Shown here: piece by piece, positions 53,672 through 64,000 of the stretch
Layout of the letters: each line of letters starts with the position of its first letter
Numbering within the stretch: the first letter of the stretch is position 1
NCBI GenBank assembly: GCA_964016885.1
Contig: OZ024742.1
Span: 305,350,001 to 305,414,000, forward strand
Reading direction: 5' to 3'
Source of the DNA: Eledone cirrhosa
Lineage: Eukaryota
Length of the DNA stretch: 64,000 nt
Notes under the pieces: model-generated
Told to the model about the DNA's origin: nothing
What the model saw: only the letters and a program-made list of their open reading frames with translations
The model's database searches: none
Program-made: the position numbers and the translations under genes

Positions 53672-55601
53672 AAGTTAGGTTTTGCACATTTTTCGTCTAT
53701 CAATTTTTACTCATTGGTGAAAAAAAGGTAGAGGAGTATATTCATATTTCGACCATATAACAGTATTAGACTTTGTGGTTCCCCCAAAAGTTTCTGAGCT
53801 AGAAAGGGTTCCGCGTTTAAAAAAATTTGGGAAACCCTGCTATAGTTAAAGACACTTGCCTATGGTGCCAGACAGGAAGACTGTACCCAGAACAAATTTT
53901 GCTACAGGGCGAACTACTTGACTGCTCAGCCATACATTTTACGTCCAATGTTTCGCGCTGACATTACTTTTTGAGGGAATTATTTACAGACGTCCCCATT
54001 CTAAATCCAAACTTTTAGACGCCTTATATAAATGCACCCATTATACTACAGGCATATGCATAATATTTGTATTAATCATGTAGAAAACTTAGCTACATAA
54101 ATGATTATACTTTTTCAAGACCATCAATAGTGTGTTTTATAATATTCTCTCCGGGATTCCTTAAATGCTGTTTGACTAAGTTTTAGTTGAAAAAAACTAT
54201 GTTGATTAGGTAAATTGACGATTGAAGAAATTGTAGTATAAAATTGCCAGTTATTTGTTTCAACCCGGATATATATAACAGGTAATGTGTGACGTCTTTA
54301 CAGAAATGTCACATCCAAACGAAGTCAACTTTGTAATTCATCTTTTTACGGTCATCAAAATAATTTAAATCAGGACAATGGAATGCCAGAATTGGTAGGG
54401 CGTCGTATGGAACAGCTTGCCGTATTTGTTCCAATTTTTGCGTTCCAGTGTCCCATCCTTCTGTGGTCTAATTGGTGTAGATTTAGTTCGTCACCTGGTT
54501 TAATGCATCCATCTGGCCAGTGAATGACTCTAGTGCGGTTCACTCTTTTCAAGCATTCGGGCCAAGTTTTCGTTTTATAGATACATTCTTCCTTACCAAT
54601 CTTAGTAATCCTAAATAGGATCAAGGAAACTTTCCTTCTTTCCTTCCTTTCCTACCAGTATAAACAGTAGAAATAAAAAAAAGCAGTAAAAATAAAAACC
54701 GTCAACGTCAGAGGGAAGTGAAAACCGTAAACATTTAGAGGTACGATACTATATATTTCAAAATATTTAGTCTAGGTATCTTTTGCGATTCTATTGCTTT
54801 TCTACCTACATATAACATGTTGATGCTATATGGATATTTGTATATGACTGAGACTTAATTTACTGACTGTAGAGGGATACAATTCTTTGCTGACATCCGT
54901 ATGTAGAGTAGAAAACAACCAATTGCACAAATACATGTTAATTTGTCTCGCTGCCAACATGGATATCATCGTTTATAATTCCAGGGTGTGTTTGTGATTA
55001 CAGTGGGGGGAGAGAGAAAGAGATAGATAGAGGGGGGGGGGGGGGTAGATGGGGGGAGGTTAGAGGAGGTAGAGAGCGAAAGTGAAGTGAAGACGATATG
55101 TAGAAATTGATAGATGTTTATTGGTTATCTATATTTCTAAATATGCTTAATTTTAAAACAAATTGTTTATTCGTATTTCCAAGTTATAGTAGTTATATAT
55201 GTATATCTATATATATCTAATTCATAATTCCAGGAAGTAATATGAACATTCATGGTTCTAGATTGCATGTTGAAAATGGATGATTCATGCTATTTGTAAT
55301 TGGACGATTACAGGGCTAACGTTTATATTAGACATATGACAAGGCTATTGACTTCATTGCTGATTCAAACCATATTTTCCTAAGTAATCTTTCTGCTATC
55401 CAATCAGTCTATTGATACAAAAAGTTTCATCATAGACAACCAAACATAGTAAATAACCAATGTAACTTCTCCACATCGTTAAGCAATGCTATCTATTGAA
55501 GCGACTAAGAAATATTTAAAAAATGAAAATATGATGAACTCTATCACTACTATCATCCAATTACAAAAAAAAAAAAATCAATACGACCGGTCTCAGAATC
55601 G

Positions 55602-55738
<137 letters not shown>

Positions 55739-56746
55739 GCACACATATACACACACACACTCAAGCACACATATACACACATTCGAGCACACACATACAC
55801 ACACATAGATAGATAGATGAATGGATAAATAGATTTAAACGTATACATACACACACACTGATAAACATGGAGGGAAGAGTAAAGAAATAGGGGCTGAGAA
55901 AGAAAGAAAATGATAAACGTAGAGAAAGAGACGCTAGAAGACCTTACTAGTAGAGGCTAGTCTGAAATTAGTATTGAATAGTTCAATGCTGTATTGTATG
56001 CAGTTTGGATAATGTCCAGAGTGGGAATTAAGCATGTAGTGTAATGTGTATGTTAGCTAGTGTCTGGGGAAACTCTTTGTCAGGCTCGTGTTCCGTCTGG
56101 GAATTGAAACTAAAAAGTCAATAGGTCTTTTGTTGCATGCTATTTAGTTTGGCAAACATCTGGGAATGGATAGCGAGGTTAGGTTCAAGTGTTTAGATCG
56201 CAGTTTTTAAAGGATATGAGCTTAGTTAAAATAAATAATTTGGCCTCATTAGAAGGATCTGTCTTTGGAATATTCAATTTTCTCAATTTGTAAATATATT
56301 TCGGCACTTTGAATTATTTTTCTGTTTGCGTTTTGCATCTCACTGTTCAATATAAAATTTTGTAATGATTATTGAAATATCAATCAAGCATAAAATAGAT
56401 TATAAGGCATTTTATTTCAAATAGATACCATATTAGAGAAAACCTATATAAAATACTGGAAATTTTAGTTGGTTAATATGATTAAAATACTGGAATGTGA
56501 ATATGAAATACACTGCATGTTATATATAGATAGTTGATATATCACCGACGATTGAATCTTTGGCTTTACTTGAAACATATTTCTGGCACAAATACTCACT
56601 TTATTCCCTTCAAGCGTCACTAACTGCTGCTATGGCTGGTAATTGTTTCCCTGCATGAATTTGAAAACTCTTAGTGAGATCTGTCAATACAGCAGAAAAT
56701 AGTTTATTATAACGCAAAGTACAAAGTATTTTATGTTCATATACAC

Positions 56747-56825
<79 letters not shown>

Positions 56826-56826
56826 C

Positions 56827-56917
<91 letters not shown>

Positions 56918-57301
56918 AATCAGATATAGAGATGAAAAAATTAGCTTTTGAATCATTTTTAATTCCTTACTCATGTTTCAAGAGAGTTGTACATCAAATT
57001 ATTCGAAAAAATTTGATATACAGCATTCTTGAAACATGTTAGAAATTAAAAATGATTTAAAAAGTAATATTTCTATCTATATATTTCATTATATTTACTT
57101 TGAGTTTATATCTGCCTTCCCAACTTTTATGCCCCCCCCCCCCCCCCCCCCCAAAAGTTTGCCTTATCTTCAGACCAATAATATATAAACACATTGAGCT
57201 AATTCTGAAATTACTTGCCAATTATATACTAGCATATATAATTCTCTACATACATTTGAGCTTTGTATACATATATTTTACCCTTGCTATATATATATAT
57301 A

Positions 57302-57956
57302 TAGGAAAAAGTATGACCCCGACGGCAGAGCTCAAGCCGTTTGGACGGCTATTTCTGGACTAAATTAGAATTTTAAGCCTGGTGAATAAATAGCCGAACT
57401 TGTCATGGAGTACTTCCTTATATGGGAAAATTGCAAGAGGATTGGTTAAAATTTGTTGTAAACACAAATAAGTCTATCATGGTATTTGGTGGGAGGTAGG
57501 GGTGTCTGAACTTGCCTGTAGAACAATAGGGCAGTGAGTGGAGCCGGTCAAGCGTTGAAAGTGATATGTATACAGCAGATTCTAAGGATAGTGTATGAAA
57601 TGGAGGAGGGAGGTTATAGAATAGGTAATACGAATGAGAGTAGGAGACAATAAAAGAAAGAAAGAAAAAAAAATATAAAATTAGATAGTGAGAAATGAAT
57701 AAAAAAAATCACAATGCTATCTTACAATTACAGGTTAATAAGTTGAGAATAGAAAAAAAAATGTACAAATGGAGTAGTAACAAAAATGATACAAAATTAA
57801 AGGGGTCTAACACATCTTCTATAAGTAGTTAGTAAAACGTATTCGGCCAGTTCTATCTTAAAAACACTTTTTCCTATTTCCCACTATACTACCCTAAGTA
57901 TTGAGTACTCTGGAGCGTTATGGTCCATCTGGTTACTTACCACAATTCCTTCGTTA
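57302..57956 (+). mobile_element. (TA)n-anchored fold-back family, copy 5 (long form)
   Basis: Same left end as copy 1 (TAGGAAAAAGTATGACCCCGACGGCAGAGCTCAAGCCG), ~500 bp of extra sequence, then TTTTTCCTATTTCCCAC...CCCTAAGTATTGAGTACTC...CGTTA(TA)n. Confidence 0.7.
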
Positions 57957-59853
57957 TATATATATATATATATGAGAATAGAATGTCTATCCTATAATAT
58001 ATTTACATTTTACTTAATTAAGGAGTGCCAAGTTGAATATTGGCCTCGGGAGTGTGATCTAGTGACATCTCGTTTTTGGAGGGAAATATGTAATTTAAAT
58101 TGATTACAATGTTAAATGAAGCTATAAAGTGGTGGAAATAGTCCGATCTTTTGTAGTTACGGTGAGAGCTTGGGGCATGTTTCTGTCCCATTAGGTGTTC
58201 TCTGTAAACCAGACAAAGAATTTACTAAGAGAGAGATTTAATAAATGGTTAACTCATTTATTCGCTGATTAATGAAGAAGATAGAAAACGAAAGAAACAC
58301 TTCAATGTACGAAAAGAAATATATTTCGTTATTGAACTTATGTAGTAGAGATTTCAATGACAAAATAAACTTCGGGGCCTCTGCATTACGTATTCAATTT
58401 ATCTAAGATGTTTCTTAACTGAATATCAGATGACACTGCTGATATTTCTACGGTCATAGCCAGAGCGATTCTATATGTATTTCATGGAATATTTTTGTTA
58501 CATATTAATGAAGTATGATTATGATGTGTTACTGCCAACAACATTGTTTTCTACGACACCAGTCAGCATTACCAATCTAGTCATTGTCACCTGCATGTTT
58601 CTAGCTTCACTGTTTTGTCTTCTAGTGTTTTTAAGTGATATATAAATGATAAACTGTACAGAAATATTGACTAAGCAGTAACATAATATTTAATGAAGTT
58701 TCAAATGCAACAGACACACCAGATGACATTAGTAAATATAACAACAAAAGCAAGAAAATATGCAGCAGCTTCAGTAACTGTTATAAATAGTAACTGTTAT
58801 AAATAGAAAACTAGTTATATTAACAAAACATCAGCAGTTACAATAAAACAAGTATGTCCTGGTCATACTAATCAGGATGCATCTGTAATAAGTTAGCTGT
58901 GATCCATCTTGGAAAGGCTTCTCTTACCTCACTCGCCGTTGCCATAGGAAAATACAAGAACATTGCAATTCAATCATTTCTCACTTAACCTTACATTATA
59001 TTGATGTAATTAATCAATGTTTTCTTTCGATAGTTACATTTTTACTGTCAGCAGAATGCCAGGAGAGCGAACAAAATTCCTTAAAGTATCTAGTTGCGGG
59101 TCTGATCTTTCAAGTTCAAATCCTTCCAAAGACATGTTTACCTTCACAGTAGCGATATAATAAGCACCAGACAAATAACGGAATCAATCAACTCGGAAGG
59201 TTACCAACATCATCAACAGTACCAACAGCAATGCCAGCATTTCCGCCATTATGACTACAACCACTACCATCATTATCCCCTCCTTCAACAACACCATAAC
59301 AGACATTAGCCCCCCCCCCCAACCCCTCGTACCAGCAATGTTACCCCCTCCGCTATTACAACTATTACCATTAATACCACTGTCAACAACATCATAACTG
59401 CCTTATATTCAATGGCTCCACCGCCACCTTCAATATTACAAATACAACTCCAACAGACCTCCACTATTTCTGATCAGTATTGCCATCAACAACCTGCTCA
59501 GAAAAGCCAAATAAGTTATCAGTCTTTTCAATTACAGCCGGAAATTAGTTTTCAGCGAGAGGAAGAGGTGACTGATGGCGGTGTAACGGCACCAATAGAA
59601 CCAATCGAAATTATGTTGAAATTGACATTGTAGAGGTACCATTTCAAATTAGAAGAATCTCAGAGCCCTATCAACCGACACACTGACTGACAGACAGGCG
59701 TACACACACACAGACACAGACACACAGACGCACATATATATATATATATATATGTATATGTATATGTATATGTATGTATATATATATAAATATGCATGTA
59801 TTTATAAAATGTATATGTATATAAATATGCTTGTATGTATAAATGTATATATG

Positions 59854-59920
<67 letters not shown>

Positions 59921-59952
59921 CATATATATATGTGTATGTGTGTGTATGTATA

Positions 59953-60016
<64 letters not shown>

Positions 60017-60048
60017 TACCTATATATGTGTGTATGTGTGTGTATGTA

Positions 60049-60089
<41 letters not shown>

Positions 60090-60167
60090 CTATATGTATA
60101 TATAAATATGTGTGTGTGTGTATGTATGTCTATGTGTATATTTATGTGTATATCCACATAGTGCGTG

Positions 60168-60340
60168 CTGGTACGTCTTAACAGCATTATAGCCCCCCCC
60201 CCCCCGGGCAGATCTTACTGTATAGTATAGTATTTATCAATTGACAGCAAGTCGCTACATACATAAATTAGCATGGGCCCCCTATCCTCGTGGAGCCCCC
60301 GGGCAACTGCCCAGCGTGCCCATGCGTTAAGACGGCCCTG
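60168..60340. mobile_element. hAT-type MITE with 8-bp TSD
   Basis: Right TIR GTTAAGACGGCCCTG; degenerate left TIR CTGGTACGTCTTAAC; TSD AGTGCGTG (60160-60167) / AGTGTGTG (60341-60348). Confidence 0.75.
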
Positions 60341-61049
60341 AGTGTGTGTCTGTTACAATAAACAGTTCCCTCCTTTAAAGTGAAATTAAAACAAACTGAT
60401 GTCTCGAAAGATTTATTTTTCCGTGGGCAGAGCATTTAGGGTTGATATAACATGTTTTAGTGACTTCTTAGATCTTCAACAGACGAAGAGAACAATTTAG
60501 TGTTTTAACTTTATTCATTGTGGTGGGTGTATTAATATATTGTTATACCTCACATGATACTTCACAGGAAACAAACAATTGTATTTCTTTATAAATTACT
60601 GAATTAATTTAAGTCCTATTATATAAATATACATTAGAAGTTGTGTGTGTAGTATCATGTAGTACAAGTGAGAAAGTGAAAGTAGAAATGAGGTAAGATA
60701 AAAAACACTATACAAAAACGTTGCTTGCTGCACACCAACGCAATATATATGGGTATTGTTGGCGAAAGTGAAAATTTGTACATGGTATGGAAGCAGAGTT
60801 TAAATATTCTTGTTTGAAGATCCTGGGCACAGATGACGCTCCAGAATAATAAGGCTCACCATTTATGCATAATAAATTTATATATATATATATATATATA
60901 TCCCCAAAGGGAAAACTCAATCAGACATAGGTGGCCATCTTGGTTTTCCATTTTTCTCATGACAGGCTGAAGAAATTCGGGCACAGAACCCAACGAAACT
61001 TGAGTACCTGTCTATGTCACTGTTGTAAATATATATATATATGTCTGAC

Positions 61050-61330
<281 letters not shown>

Positions 61331-61544
61331 AAAAGATATATATATAAATATACATCTTAAATATATTAAACTGAAGCCAAAATCTGAATTTGAGGGAATA
61401 TAACCTAGACAGGCTAGATAAGTCGGTTTTACTCATACATTAATATATTTATAACTTATCCGAGTAGAAAATGTATTAATATATCTTATCCTTTCATTCA
61501 ATGTCTACGTACTAGAGACAGTTAACTTTAGAAATTTATATATA

Positions 61545-61623
61545 TACACGTGTCCCCCAAAATTGTATACACACTTCAGCATTCTAATCAAACTGTATAT
61601 TCATTTTTTGTGGACACCCTGTA
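61545..61623. mobile_element. Miniature Tc1/mariner MITE (79 bp)
   Basis: TACACGTGTCCCCCAAAATTGTATACAC ... TTTTTTGTGGACACCCTGTA, within (TA)n. Confidence 0.65.
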
Positions 61624-63455
61624 TATATATATATATATATAAAAAGTGTACCCCCGGCATGCGCTGTCTCAGTTATTCGCGAAATTTTCCTTAGAACCTA
61701 ATTAATAATTGTTCGTGGAAACCACCGCATATTCGCGGAATCGCAAAAATCTTCCGCGATAATTTTGGGCTTCTTTCGTGGCAATATATATTTTTTCACG
61801 CTTTTTAACGTTAAATTATTAATAACAATATACCGTATGTGCCGGTCTATATTTTGTGTTATGTTTTGACGTTTATAGGCATTTTTATGGACCACGTCCA
61901 CTATTCACGCTTTTTCATTCTTCCCGTGTGATCTGTATATACATATATATATATACATATATATATAGACAGAGAGGGCGAGAGAACGATGTCTATATAA
62001 AATATATCACGTGGCTGTGTTTATGGAAAAGCTGTATATTTGCGTACAAAATCCCATTCAAACATTTGCGTTATGTGTGGACATACACAGATCGTCAGTT
62101 TTCTGAAATGACTGTACATTAGTTTAGTGAGTTTAAATACGGGAATGAATAAAAGACAAATCGATAATTGCAGAGATGAATGTATGAATGAGTTAGTATG
62201 TGAGTACATTACATGAATGAAGCAGTGAATCAGCGAGTAATTCAAGGAAGAAATATATGAGTTAGCGAATGATCCTGATTGCCAGAGTGTTACGGAATGA
62301 GTGTGTGAGCGTGATTGAAAGAAGAAATAAATATTTAAGTTGGTGGTTAACTGGATGTCCGTGTTAAAAATTTATATAAAAATTGTGTAGGCCGAAGAAT
62401 AACTGAGTAACATGTTCCGTTTTAGTAAGTACGAGAGTAAAAATATGAAGTATGTTAGACAATGAAATATTATATATATATGTATATATATATTTATATA
62501 TATTTTATAAAAATAAGAGTCCAGTTGCATTTTCGATTTCATCTTTTTTTCTTTATATATATATCACACAAACACAAACATATATATATATTTATACGTG
62601 TTCTATATATATATTATATAACACATATAGATATAGATATATATACACGTGAATGTAGTATATGTATATATGTGTATGTATATATATGAGTGTGGGTATA
62701 TACAAGTATGTATGATAGACAGATAGATATGTACGTATATTTATGGGTATGCAATACTTATACGTGTGCGTATATGCATTAATATATATATACAAATTTA
62801 CATATTTATATATACAAATATATGTATATAAATATACACACATATATATGCTTGTATATATATATTTACATACATTGATACACACAGACACTCATATACA
62901 ATTTTCTCAGTATTTATGAAAAGAATATGTTTAAACACGTATACAATTATTTTTTTTCCAATCTCCATAGATCCAAGTCGAGTTTGTGTAGATAACACAG
63001 GCACACACAAACACGCACACACACACACAAACACACTCTTACAAACACTCATATTTCATGTACACATTAACAAATGTAACACCCCATCGACCTACACTTT
63101 CAAAAAGTCGGTTTTTTATTGTTTTTCCCCATCCATCACTGCTACCCAACTTATTAGCTGAGACTCTGCATTTGGCCGGATTCTTTGGCGACAAGTCTAT
63201 ACTATATCCAGCTACTTATGTCGTTGTCAACGTCGAATGAAACGTTCACAGGAAGCAGATTTTGACAGAAGTGTTTTATGATTATTTTTTTTAGTCTTTT
63301 TGTCTTAATGATATAGCGCCCGTCCATCATTCAACATAGCACGACTTTAGTTTTATTCCAGCGAAGTCTCAAGATTTCATTGCAAATTTCTATAGCTTTG
63401 CCAGAGGTGCTCGTAGTTCTTCTGTTCTTTTGTCCTTTGCCGTTTCCATATTGTT

Positions 63456-63503
<48 letters not shown>

Positions 63504-64000
63504 CCCCCTCCACACTCTCTCACACACACACTCATACACATACGCAACACTCAGACACACTCATACATACACACTCATATATATGTATTCTTTTAACTTA
63601 ACGTTCTGTTATGTGATGGTTGCTGCAGGTTGAACGTTGAAGTAAATTGATTGGCTGGCTACTCGTACCTTACATTGGGCCTTATTTTAAAGCTGGTGTA
63701 TCTCTGTCTAATTACTTGTCTAGCTGAGTTTTCGTCTCCCACCTCTTTCTCACTCCCCCTCCTCTCTCTCGTTATACATATAACTCTAGATCTACTCATG
63801 CAACCATCAATGTGTCATTCTGTTTGCCAATCTCTTAATGTAGCTGTTTTTTCTGCCTATCTATCTATTTGTCACCCCACCCATACATGTGAGTGGGGTG
63901 ACAATTAGACAGTATACTTACAGATACATGATAAATGTTAATTGATCCACGTTGATTTTGAATATGTTTATTCTAGTTGTTAGATCAACTGATCTACCTT

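Noticed and set aside
54370-54624. 84-aa ORF or RTE 3' remnant
   Set aside because: Only weak resemblance (LARM, RVIHWP) split across frames; not supportable as either a gene or a TE.

Overview
Eukaryotic, AT-rich, microsatellite-saturated non-coding DNA. The tRNA-derived SINE families resemble those of octopus, so a coleoid cephalopod source is inferred but not verified. Nearly all listed ORFs are (TA)n/(CA)n/(GA)n/(CAC)n artefacts. The window looks like large introns of one + strand host gene, with a well-defined 100-bp coding exon at 43134-43233 and a possible first coding exon at 20209-20226. Main content: (1) A young, 5'-truncated Naiad-type Penelope-like retroelement (PLE, 21345-24859) with RT and GIY-YIG domains on the - strand, bracketed by 337-bp inverted pseudo-LTRs that each carry a type I hammerhead ribozyme. 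(2) About ten further hammerhead or hammerhead-like motifs, mostly in short elements embedded in (TA)n tracts, including a long-stem-I type I hammerhead at 9971-10068 that is a retrozyme candidate. (3) A (TA)n-anchored family whose fold-back palindrome appears to be rebuilt at each insertion. (4) A recent non-coding LTR-like element (30414-32867) that splits a Hero/R2-type restriction-like endonuclease remnant at a shared AGT. (5) RTE and Tx1-like LINE remnants, a non-autonomous Helitron, Tc1/pogo and hAT MITEs, and a ~93-bp minisatellite derived from a dispersed repeat. All calls come from reading by eye; no searches or folding programs were run.
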